NCBI GenBank assembly: GCA_000934665.2
Contig: KZ538801.1
Location: 1 to 46,914 of the forward strand
DNA length: 46,914 nt
Direction: 5' to 3'
DNA from: Catajapyx aquilonaris
Taxonomy: Eukaryota
Shown in pieces: positions 36,015 to 46,914 of this stretch. A program made the position numbers and the translations under genes. The notes under the pieces are model-generated. The model saw only the letters and a list, made by a program, of their open reading frames with translations, was not told the DNA's origin and searched no databases. The first letter of the stretch is position 1. Each line of letters starts with the position of its first letter.

Positions 36015-37175
36015 AAGCTCTTGATGATGGCATAATCGAAATAGCAAAGTTTCAGCTACACAACTAGTAACTAAATAGTTAAATGAGGTTCGGTTATAAG
36101 CAAAAAGCAAAAAAAAAAAAAAAAACTGGTAACCTAAGTTTTGCGTGGCTTAGAAGAGGCCATACTGGCACGTGCTGTGTGAGTTTCAACATCAGGGCTT
36201 CCCTAACGTAGCTAATATTGACGATGTTACAACCTTACCTTGTTACAACCTACCCCGATCTCTCCTACACTACTTCAGATGTGCTTCAGGCATCTTACGA
36301 CCATCTCCTACAATGATGTGCAGACTGAATATTGCACATGACTCTCATGCATTGTACTTGTTCATATAGATGGTGGGCTAATTAACTTTGGAACTGACCA
36401 ATTAGTGTACTTTTTAACCGGCAAATGTTAAACTATAAAACCTTTAAGGCTCCTGAAATAACCTCTTAAAATGATCTTGACTAAAGCAATCTACTCAGTT
36501 GAGCATATACTATTGGTTCAAGGGGGCATTCTGAGCATACACCATTGTAGGTTAAGTCTTTCCAGTTTCAGCGAGGTAGGTCTACTAGTATGCAGTGCAA
36601 AATCCTGTGAGAAATTGTAAAATGCAGAAAAGTGCAAAATGAAGTAAAAGTCCAAGGTTCCACCTTCACCTTTTAATGTCATCTAAAAAATTTCTTTCAT
36701 TTGGATGCTTTACTGGGGCATTTCGGCATTAATCGCTCACGTTAGAAAGTATTGAGCTAATTCGGATAATTACAGTTCTTGCGGTTTGATTCCTTGAAAA
36801 ATGGTTGATCTTGGTTCCCAATTGGCAAGGAAAATAGTTGTCGTAAACCGCTCAGCTCAATGCCTCCTATTGCAAGATGCCACCTCATCCAAAGTTTGTG
36901 TGTGCCAAAGAGGCGTTTGGTCAATAATTCCCAACATGAAAATTACTACTTGAGCGGATTTGCCAAATACGCTCCTACTTTTTCTTACCTAAAATTTTGG
37001 ATAGAGGAATCTCGTCTGTTGCAAACAGACGGCTAAGCATGACCTAAACGCCTTGGTTCTGAAAAAAATATTAAAATCGAGTCATTTAGGCATTCCACAA
37101 TGCAACATGACGATCTACACTCACTTTTTGAGGAACTACTGTTTCCTCGGTTTCATCAGGTGATGCGTCCGTCAC

Positions 37176-38321
37176 CTACTTCTTCTTCCTGAACAGTCTG
37201 CCAAAGGAGTTCCACCACTTTTCCTCTTGAACCTGATCTTCCAGGGACTTTCGCCTCTTTCCGGGCGTTCCCTCCTGGGACTTTTCTTTCTCGTCGGGCG
37301 TTCCCTTCTGGGACTGTTCCTTCTTGTAGGACTTTCCCTCCTGGATTTCGACGTCTTGCTTGTTTCTATTTGCTGAATCCGGCATCAAAAAGATGGAATT
37401 TGATGAGAACTTCCGGTCATGTGTCTGTCGTGGAGGTCTTTCGTGGCATACGCTGGTAGGTGTACTGGAGTTTTCTGAACCGGTGTCTTCGCCCGAAGGT
37501 TCTTCTGATGACACGCTTTCAGAATGGATATCTGGTACGAGGCTAGATGGGAAGGACCAAGGTAGACGCCCCGGGTAGTGGATGCCGACATATAACAAAG
37601 GTGGGGGAAGATTTAAACCGGGCGGCTTAGGGCTGGACGGCTTAGGGATGAGCGGCTTAGAGATGGGCGGCTTAGGGCTGGACGGCTTAGAGATGGGCGG
37701 CTTAGAGATGGGCGGCTTAGGGCTGGACGGCTTAGAGACGGGCGGCTTAGGGCTGGACGGCTTATGGATGGACGGCTTATGGATGGACGGCTTAGGGATG
37801 GATGGCTTAGAGATGGGTGGCTTATGGATGGGCGGCTTAGGGATGGGCGGCTTAGGGCTGGGCGGCTTAGAGCTGGACGGCTTAGGGATGGGCGGCTTAT
37901 GGATGGGCGGCTTAGGGCTGGGCGGCTTAGGGCTGGACGGATTAGGGCTTGGTGTCCCGACATCTAAAATCGGGTTACTACTACCTCGGCTCAGCTCTGA
38001 TGGAGCGGGCGGGTTCATCTGATTCGTCAGGTAGAGAGTTATAATATCAGGATCTGACTGGGTCCTCAAGAAAGATTCCCCACCCTGCTGTCTGAATCGA
38101 TCCTTACATTCTGGCTCTCTTGGGATTTCAGTGTCCGTGTTATTCAACGCTTCTGGGGATGGCAAAATTTCAGCCATGGATACGGGTCTCGTTAGCTCAG
38201 CCGCTGTGTTCATGCCCGCAGGAGAATTCGGTGGTGGCATCGGCGTACCGATGTGCTCCACGTGGTTACTAGATGGAGCACCCTCCGTAGGACCATACTG
38301 GAGAAACAAAGGCATATCCAT
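37176..38321 (-). CDS. Nested antisense ORF A: Pro/Ser/Lys-rich protein with xxxKP pentapeptide repeats (381 aa from the first ATG; frame open from 38450)
   Basis: Stop-free frame of ~1.27 kb, of which only ~330 bp is tandem repeat; C-terminus WWNSFGRLFRKKK. The track's start at 38345 is TTG; the first ATG is at 38321. Confidence 0.65.
   Translation of the reverse strand: MDMPLFLQYGPTEGAPSSNHVEHIGTPMPPPNSPAGMNTAAELTRPVSMAEILPSPEALNNTDTEIPREPECKDRFRQQGGESFLRTQSDPDIITLYLTNQMNPPAPSELSRGSSNPILDVGTPSPNPSSPKPPSPKPPIHKPPIPKPSSSKPPSPKPPIPKPPIHKPPISKPSIPKPSIHKPSIHKPSSPKPPVSKPSSPKPPISKPPISKPSSPKPPISKPLIPKPSSPKPPGLNLPPPLLYVGIHYPGRLPWSFPSSLVPDIHSESVSSEEPSGEDTGSENSSTPTSVCHERPPRQTHDRKFSSNSIFLMPDSANRNKQDVEIQEGKSYKKEQSQKGTPDEKEKSQEGTPGKRRKSLEDQVQEEKWWNSFGRLFRKKK
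37621..37950. repeat. 15-bp coding minisatellite, about 22 units
   Basis: Units such as GGCGGCTTAGGGCTG / GACGGCTTAGAGATG / GGCGGCTTATGGATG encode SSPKP, PIHKP, PISKP and PIPKP on the - strand. Confidence 0.95.
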
Positions 38322-38808
38322 TGTGACAAGTTTGTAAGGGCCCAAGTTTTCCGTTGTATTTTCCTCTTCGAAGCTATGTTTAGCACCGGCACCTTTTCCT
38401 TTTCCTTTTGTCTTAAGCGAATGGCGAAGACTGTTTCCAGTAGTTATAAACTAATACTGTGTGCACCACGACGTACTGTACAGCCCACTATATCCTACCC
38501 TTTTTTTGCCAACAAATGCACGTTTTCGTTCTGGGTCATCGGCAATATTTGAATCGTTAAAATCACGTTTTCGAGTAGTTCGTTGTTATAATTCTTCAAA
38601 GTATTGCAGAATTCACGTTATTGTGGCACGAATTGCGATTCAAATGTTTTAGTATGTCTACTTTAGCATTGCCTTCAGAGATTAGATTGAATTAACACTA
38701 TTGTTTGACTCACTCGGTTCACGATCATTCTAACTGCTAAGAGTGTCCCAATATAATTATAAATTAATAATGTCATTTATTAATATTAATTGATAGACGA
38801 GAACACAT

Positions 38809-41800
38809 TCAAACTTCATCAATCCACCCACCAGGAGCAGCACAGTCGCCAGTAAATGTGTTTCTCTCTCCTTGCTCGCCCTGAAGCTAAAACATTCGCA
38901 ACCATATTTATGTCTCTTCATCCATGAAGCCATTGTGACAGTACACTTTGGCAAATTTATCAGTACAATACACAGCATAGTATGTTCAAAGTGGCCCAAA
39001 TACTGTCTGAATAAGCATGGACAAAAGGATTAAGGTGCCGGTGAGTATGCCTTTCTGGTTTCTTATTAAATGGCAGCAGGCAAATAATTGTTACCCCTTC
39101 TGCCAGCAATCTTCCCCATTCCTCCCTCTCTATTCCAATTTGAGTATCAGCAAGCAAAGGTTTGACCTATACAACCCTACAACACAAAAGGGAGTCTATA
39201 GGAACTATGACTCTTCTCCCCCTCATTCCCCCCTGATCATGGTAACAAATTAAATGACCATCACCAGTACAAAATATAGTATTTTCTGTTGAAGGGACAC
39301 TCCACTCAAAATACAAGTTGGTCTTTAAAAATCAGGCAAAAAATCCAGATTCCGAGAATACGGATCGCATCTCTGAGGCGACCGGTAATCCGAGATATAA
39401 ATGTCGAAGTAGGCCGTCTGCAAACCCGCTGCCCCTCCACTCTCGCCGACACCTCCCCCGGCCACCTGGCGGCTGCCTGAGGAAGTTGGATGTCAATCCC
39501 CAGCAGCGCGAGTTTGAAATGCAGGTCGGGGTCGGATATTACTGGCTGCTGCCAATGCATATGTTGTCACCGAGGTGTTACTAAACTTACTTTCCGGACC
39601 TCGCCTTTGCTTGGCCCCTAACTGTTTACGGGCGGCCTAACATCTGTTGCTGTAGGCCGCCCGTAAACAGTTAGGGGCCAAGCAAAGGCGAGGTCCGGAA
39701 AGTAACACCTCGGTGACAACATAATTAGATGCATTAGCAGCAGCCAGAAATATCCGACCCCGAATTGCATTTCAACGAACTCGCGCTGCTGGGGACGGAC
39801 AGCCAACTTCCTCAGGCAGCCGCCAGGTGGCCGGTATCCAACTTCGCCCGGTGGCCGCAGGGGAGAAGGGCGGCTCCACGCTCGATCAGATGTCGAATTT
39901 ATTCTGACTTTCGTCTCTTCCCCTGTCATTACCGTTCGCCTCAAAGATAAACAGATCGTATTCTCGGAATCAGGATTTTGTGCCTGATTTTTAGAGATCA
40001 ACTTTCATTTTGAGTGGAGTGTCCCTTTAAGGGGAAAGCATGTGCTCGAGGGATGAATAAAATTGTCACATATGCAGATAACGTACCCTCATCTCTAACT
40101 CCTCTGCCAATTCCTTCATCTCCATCTCAATCCTCTTGCTTGTCACCTTAAGCCGTAAAGTTTCGGCTCTGCCATAAGTATTGACCATCTTGTCGGAGGT
40201 CACTAAACACCCCTTCATCAATTCCTTTTCCAGAAAAGACTGGAACCTGTGCAAATAATTGAAGCAATGACACATTTGTGTATGTGCGGTACAAATATGG
40301 ATTTTAAAATACATACTATATTATAAGCTTATAAGTTACTGTATATACGTACATAGGAGGCATGTGTCTGTCAGGCCTTTCGAATTTCTTCTTGGGTATC
40401 CTATTCTCATCATCCACACCACACGTATCGTCGATGGTGACAGGAAATGGTCCAGCCAAGGGGTCCGGAGGCAAGGAAGTAGGAGGCAAGGGGGTAGGAG
40501 GCAAGGGGATATGAGCCAAGGGGATAGGGTTGGAATCCCTCATATCGCTTTCAACCACTTCAGTTGTCTCTACTGCGTCTTTGAGCTCATCATTCTCTGG
40601 AATGGGTACTAGTTTTCGGCGTATGATTGCGCCACACCGAATAGCCGGACAATCCTTTTTTGGAATTGGGCTGATTTTCCGGGAACCACTCAATTTGGTC
40701 TTCCCTTCAGGTTTCACCAAAGTTGAGAGTTTTTTGCACGGCTCATTAACCATCGGCTCATTAACCATCGGCTCATTAACCATCGGCTCATTAACCATCG
40801 GCTCAGTTACGGACGGGTATTCCGGTTTCTCAGGCCCGTGTGACCATTCATGAGCCCCTGAATATGGTCGTTGGAGCCTCTCGTACACACGCCTAGGGTC
40901 CTCGAGGGAGTCGAGGGAAGATGCTCGCGACCATATTGTCCTTTCAGGTGCCTCGTGCTCTTGATTCTTCCTGCGATAGGTGCGTCCACATGCTGGGCGG
41001 TAGTTGGCGATGTTGGATTGATCGTAGTCAGATACGAATATTTTCTCCTTCCAGGGAAGCTCATGGTCTATTACTTTTTTCTGTGGTTCCGTCTTGGCGT
41101 CAACATTCTTCGTCAGATTGGCTGGTTTAGGGGTCTGAAGCGTCACAGGTACTGACTCTACTACAGGGTAAAAATAGCATCCTGGTAGCATTGCCTTTGG
41201 CGATAGGATTTTTACCTTTTTCTCTAACGGTAGTTTAATCGTACGATGGGATTCGCGCTTCTCTTCTGATACCTTTTGTTGTACAGGTTTTACGTAACAT
41301 TTGCTCCGGATACTCAGGGGTTGTGACGAATCCACTGGAAGGCCGCTTACCATGTTACACCTTAATTGATGGTTCAACTCCGCTGGAAAGCCCTGGGGCC
41401 AGTTCTTCCCGGGTACCTCCTCCAACGTGTCCGCGTCTGCCTCACGTCCACTTCGATAGAGCCAATACGATTGGTCCTCATTATACCTCACATAATCGGG
41501 TTTCCTGCTAAGTTTCACAAAGTCATGCTTTCCTTCTTCATAAGACTCCATTACCGACTTTTCAGCGCCGCTTTCAGTAGTTGACCTGTAGTCTCTGCTG
41601 GATTTCCCAGACGTATCTAGTGAATTGCTCGGCTTTGGCTGAACGTTAGGTAGACATTTGCTGCTGGAAGGAGATCCATCTGTCCTAAGTTTCTGGATGG
41701 GCCCTTTGGAGTTCTGTGTGGGTTTGGCCTGACGGTGGTCTGCTTTTAGTCTAGTATCGTCGAAAGGAAGCTGATCCACACAAACACCACTCCGCGCCTT

Positions 41801-42454
41801 CCTGGGAATTCCGGGCTCGCCTATATGAGGTTGCGGCGCAAGTCTAGCTTCTTGGTCAGCTCGGAGAAATGGCTCTCTTATGTTGGTGATGTGTTCTAAC
41901 TCGGTCAGGTCCACTTCAGAGGAGGGTGGAATATCACAGCGACAACACTTCCCCACTTTCTCAGGTGTGCACCTACAGGTGGGCCACACTGGATTATCTT
42001 TTGCCGTTTCCCTTCTTCGCCGTTTAAAATGGGTTTGTCCTGGCTTGACTCCTTCCATGCTTTTCTCGAGTTCGTCAGTAAGTTTCTGCAAAGTCTTCCC
42101 TAGCGCTACAATGGAGTCCGTTATGCCTGGTGGCTCAACATCTGCGTCTTCACTATGATCAAGCTGAATTCCCTCCATCACCCGGCTCTTAGCGCCTTTT
42201 ACATCAGGAGTGCAGGAATCTACAATGTGAAACTCCGGAGGCATAGGGAGGTATATTGGATTGGCCTCTCTGCCAAATATGGTCCGCTTTATATAACGTG
42301 GCGGGCTTCGAATTGGCCGGTAAACATTGTAGATATCCTCTTGACAAACAATCCTCCTTTCTGGTTTTGGCTCCGGTTCCGGAGTCGTCGGGGGTGTTCT
42401 GAAGCGACGTCTGTGGCTCGGCTTCTCCTTGTCCTTTTGGTTATTCGGCAACAT
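38809..42454 (-). CDS. Nested antisense gene B: large disordered Pro/Lys/Glu-rich protein; model of 4 exons, ~801 aa
   Basis: Start context CAAAATG and a 2.1-kb open frame. In-frame splicing 42454..40353 (AT|GTACGT), then ttgcacag|40246..40087 (AGG|GTACGT), gtatag|39166..39095 (GGG|GTAACA), cttcag|38880..38809 (TGA), with AATAAA at 38781-38776. Exons 1-2 are well supported; exons 3-4 are tentative. Confidence 0.72.
39293..40026. mobile_element. Palindromic TTAA-flanked MITE (Kolobok/T2-type termini)
   Basis: TTGA|AGGGACACTCCACTCAAAAT ... ATTTTGAGTGGAGTGTCCCT|TTAA. The whole element is an inverted repeat, with perfect 53-bp inner arms at 39587-39639 and 39653-39705. Confidence 0.85.
40740..40805. 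repeat. 15-bp tandem repeat x4 encoding EPMVN in gene B; a second degenerate 15-bp repeat (PLPPT-like) lies at ~40466-40525
   Basis: GGCTCATTAACCATC is repeated four times; GGAGGCAAGG(G/A)(G/A)(G/A)TA is repeated. Confidence 0.9.
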
Positions 42455-45400
42455 TTTGTCAAACCGAATACCTCACAGCACTCTGCACACAAATGATATG
42501 CCCAATTAGAAAAACAAATCTTTCATAAGGATCACATTCCAAATCAAAGTAGCCAGAATTGACAAAGCGGTGCCTCGACCATCTCAGGTTTTTTCTATAG
42601 AAAATCATGTCCACATACACACACGCGCGCGTTCTTGCAAAAAAATGCCATCTGAGCCACTCAGGTGAAAATGCCACGAATATATAATGTGATACTCACA
42701 TGATCATCTGGTCGGAAATACTTTTAAATGAGAATATCGCAACTCTAATTGCAAATAATAAAACAAAAAATTTTCCACAATTTTGTCACTTTAGAAGTGA
42801 TTTTTTTTCAATGCGTGCAAGTCGATTTCAAAATTATGTCTGTTACTAGAATCGCGCTTTTATTCTTGACCTGGCGGTTAAATAAATATTTCTTCACCAC
42901 ATGTGGTTCAATAGCAGGAATTTATGTACTTTTTCTGTCGGTTCTCTACACTCTCACTCTGGTTACCTCTATGGAGAAGTAAAATTATTGGAAAACAGTA
43001 ATCTCTATACATAGAAATAACAATTGTTAAGTTACCTCTACATCTGGAAGTGACAATGTGACAACTCATGTGTGTCTACGAACCTGATTTTTTATACTGA
43101 CAAATATCTGAGGAGGTCGAGCCACCAGCTTCTCCAATTTTAACATGGAATGACTCATATGCAAGTGTTTACGCAACTACAATTAACTCGTGGCTTACCC
43201 TTGGATGCTACATATCTAATGTGGCGGTGATTATGTTGATGACCCATACATCACATATGACAGGTACATGTTATTAATAATCATGTTTCTCTCTGTTTCA
43301 TTCCCCTACAAAATGCAGTTCTTAGGAAAATTCGTTGCAATAATTCAAACCTTGTAAAATACTAAAACTTAAAACTGAGATGTCAGTATTAGTTATCTGC
43401 TGCTTATTAAGCAGTTACTGTCAAGCATTATTATTTTACAAATATTAGTAGCTTATGTCAGATTGAATGGTATACAACATGGGTTCAACCCTTGACCGCG
43501 TATGCCAGTGTGTTGTCAAGGTTTATTTTAAATATCTGAGATTCATTGCAATCAGGGCTTGAAGAAATACTAATGTAGTAAGAGCTAATTTTTTTAAATA
43601 TATCATCTAAAAGTACCTCATAAATTATAAGTTGTAAATAATAAGCATCTCAGAGCAAAACAGATGGCTAAAATGAACATTTTTGTAGCTACCTAAAACT
43701 TCTTACTGTTTTGGAAATTGCGGCTACTTACATGCTCAATAGAGTATGGGTGAAGTCAAATCCTAAGCGGTTCTGTCTTTTTGGTCGCCAACTACCAATC
43801 ATAGGGCCAAAATTAAAACAGGCGGAGTATGGCTGGTCGGCGATTTATCCCAAAAAAAGGCTATTGGGATGAAAACTGAAAACAAATAATGGGAAGAAAC
43901 ATCAGTCGAATTCTACAGCCTGTCCTCCAACGAGTTTAAAGATGTCTCTGCTTGAATTGTGACTGAACATAATATGTTGTCGCTTTACAAAATGCAATGA
44001 CAATTCATTTCACATCCAGATTACTTAATTTCAATTTGCCTTGTACTGTACTGTAACTGCCTTGGTCATTGCATGCAATCTATCAAGTATACGACTCCTT
44101 GTTTTTTTAGTTAATGGCAACAATATACCTCGAGATGTACAGCCGCGCAAGGTACATTAAAAGCCACGCATCTGCTTGTTATTATTGTGGACAAGAACGT
44201 ACACAACATAGCGTCATGTGTGAAACTAGGGCTTATACCGAATCTGATTTTTGTGCGGAAAATATTTGAGACAAAAAAAATTGAGTTTGGATTTAGCACA
44301 CGATTGAATCTTTAAAACCAGTCTCATTCTACATTTCTACTACAAACACCTGACTTCTGAGTCTTTATTGAAGAAATCGTGCAGGGCCAGTTGCACCATG
44401 CGGGGGTGCTATCCATTGGTATCAATATTGTTATAATTAAAATCTAGTGAAATTCTGACTAGCAGCTATGATCCAGAAATAACTTACCGTAATTCTCTAC
44501 AGCATTTGCCAAATGAAGGTGGCCCACCTCTAATACAACAATCTGTAAAAGGAAAATAAAAAAATGACATTCAGAGATTCAGGACAAGGTATAGGAGGAA
44601 TCCTTCTCATATATCTGGGTCCCTCCCTATACAAGTACTATCATTTCCACAATAAGAAAAATACTGCAGACTTGGAAAACGCCATGTAATACAGCATCAA
44701 TAACTGTTATTTGGCAAATAACTGCTGATATCCCTGTTACAAGGCAACCACTCACCGCCTCCAAAATAATCGCTGTACAGTACACAGGATATTACCTTGA
44801 TATTACCAAGAGGGGGTTTTTTGCTGCGTAGCCCTCAAAAAGCAGAGGTCAGCCGATCCAGATATCTTGACAGTCTGATGAGCCCACCTGCAGAAAACAT
44901 ATTGTGCCTTATTGTGATCTTGCGTTGTCTTGGTTGTCATATGATACAGTATTATATATCCAATTTGACAAAGAAATAACTCTTATTGCTACTGGTTCTA
45001 AGTTGTCAAGTTTCGGTTGCATCACCCCCAGGAAACATTTCAGAGATGGAAAAGAGCCAGAAAGGTTTGATATATTCATTATTTATTTTTTTGCTCTTCC
45101 CCATCCGGTTCCTGGATGTGATACAACCGGACCTAAATCTTCTTTTGAGATGAAAAACCCAATTCTGGCGGTATTTTGAAAGCCATCCGAAATTGTGGTT
45201 GGGAATTAAACCCACTAGAGCCAGTGAATGCCTGAGATTCGCATGTCTGATTGTAATATGTACACATTTATAATTATCTTTGATCACATTGCCTGTCACA
45301 ATTTGTCCGTCAGCCAATGTGTGTAGTGTATACTGAATAGCACTTACCCTAAAAGGGGGAGGAAACCCGTAGACTTGAAGATCCGAATTCGGCACTCTCT

Positions 45401-46188
45401 GAAGTTCAAAGCGATCTACTGTAGTAGGCTGGTGAAGGTGGTATGTAAATTGGGTCCAGTGTCTTAACAGATGGTAAAAAATCTGAAATACATATATGGG
45501 TTTTTCTATATTATAAACATGACAACATTCGAACCATTGATGAGCACTCTCAGGGTATTAAGGTAGTTCTTGCGCTAAGTCCATTCATTGACAATTTCGT
45601 GAAAATCACACCATCCATTCCTGGGCATGTCGCACATGCGCATGTGAAGTTTCAAGAGGTTCGTCTATCTCGTTTGCGAGATATTAATTTTCAAAGTTGA
45701 GCTTCTGGCGGCCCCTTATGCATGGAGCCTTATGGGAGCCGGTCTGCGGGCCTCGAGAAAAGTGTCCCTAGCTTCTTTAATAACATTCAGATGTTAACAA
45801 AAAACCACATTCATGTGGGGGAAAGTCGGGAGATTAATTTAGTGGCGATTTTCATAGGGGTCACCTTGGTCCTTCCCCCGCAAATCGTCACTTTGTGAGG
45901 AGCCGACTCTATAGTTGGCGTCGAAGTGGCAACGCTGTAAGCAACAATAGGCATGGCGGCCTTCGCTCGGGATTTGAAAATCCCGAGCCGCCTAAGTTTC
46001 AGAATGGCATGTAACTGACAAGGGAAGTGCAAGTGTTGTCCGTGGAGTTTCTGAATGAAACGCCGGTCCGGTACTGTATGATTGTGCATGATTTTGTATG
46101 ATTGTGTATGGGAGATTGGTCTCTGGTCTCAAGTTATTGATCGACTACACAGTTACCTAAGTTACCAGCAATGTTCGAATGGGCCGGG

Positions 46189-46375
46189 GGAGATGGGACT
46201 ATCAATGTACTGATATCGATATATCGATGGATTACTTATAAAATATCGATGTCTGATAAGCTCAAATCACTGTAATTTTATTAAAATATCGATATAATAT
46301 ATCGATAGTTGGGATAACTATCGAGAACTCGATATATCGCTGGGGGGAAATATCGATACATCGAAACATCGAAAG
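46189..46375. repeat. Cluster of ATCGAT/ATCGA motifs, probably the subterminal region of a hAT-type MITE
   Basis: About ten ATCGA(T) words in <200 bp after GAGATGGGACTATC; no partner terminus identified. Confidence 0.4.
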
Positions 46376-46914
46376 TTTGTTGATAAGGGCAAGAGGAGGG
46401 GTGCCAACGTATGCAACGTTGCCGGATTTCCCTTACTTTTTCCGGTATTTGGAACAGCCATATTTCTGCTCTTCTCCGGGGCAAAAGTGCACGAGGGAAT
46501 TATTATCCCCCAAATAAATGTTCACGTAACGTATCCGACGCGAAACATGTACTCAAAACTCTGTTTCAGAGAAATACTAGCAGAAATGTCTTACAATCGC
46601 AGAAGTTGGTATTGGCCAGCTCGTCCCATGTATAAACAACACCTCTCCCCCTTCCCTCCGTTTCTAAGCGCAAGAACTACCTTAATGAGCATCACTGAAT
46701 ATAATAAGCAATTCCTTTTTTCTCTACACTACATTAATAATTATCAATTCAACGATACGGCAGTCAAAAAAATGATCTAACAAACGTATATTTTAAATTA
46801 ACATGCTGCGGATCAGACGTCGCCAGGAATCCCGGTCATCAGTCTGGCCCATAAGCTCTATATGGAAGACAAAGTCAAACAGCCGTAACTTCGTTAATTA
46901 TACTTAAATAATAA

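Noticed and set aside
37621..37950. CRISPR-like array
   Set aside because: Contiguous tandem units without unique spacers, in a eukaryotic context, with no cas genes.
37582..38022. Gly/Leu-rich + strand ORF, other-frame ORFs over the minisatellite, and TTAGGG-like words as telomeric repeat
   Set aside because: These are by-products of a stop-free 15-bp repeat. The TTAGG(G) words have 15-bp spacing and do not form a telomeric array.
39289..40001. Similar ORFs on opposite strands (39318..39584 + and 39618..40001 -)
   Set aside because: Mirror-image translations of the two arms of the palindromic MITE, not genes.
45557..46914. Possible large TTAA-flanked element near the window end
   Set aside because: Only a short inverted match (CATGGAGCCTTATGGG versus CCCATAAGCTCTATATGG); termini cannot be defined within the window.

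Overview
Eukaryotic (invertebrate-type) genomic DNA, rich in introns and transposon remnants; no prokaryotic features. The main locus is a + strand receptor (membrane) guanylyl cyclase of the natriuretic-peptide-receptor (NPR1/NPR2-like) type. Thirteen coding exons from 13194 to 33454 splice in frame (714 codons) and encode a signal peptide, ANF-receptor extracellular domain, transmembrane helix and the first part of the kinase-homology domain. Intron 2 appears to be GC-AG. I found no exon for the rest of the kinase domain or the cyclase domain, so the last ~13.4 kb is probably intron. In that interval, on the - strand, lie one or two nested genes for Pro/Lys/Glu-rich proteins with pentapeptide repeats that I cannot assign to a family: a 4-exon model at 42454-38809 and an ORF at 38321-37176. 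The non-coding space holds a LINE 3' end, three tRNA-headed SINEs with target-site duplications that share a 3' stem-loop with that LINE end, a mariner-derived element with a duplicated 3' end, a ~735 bp palindromic TTAA (Kolobok/T2-type) MITE, several Tc1/mariner-type MITEs, a non-autonomous Helitron and short palindromes. All calls were made by eye; no database search was run.
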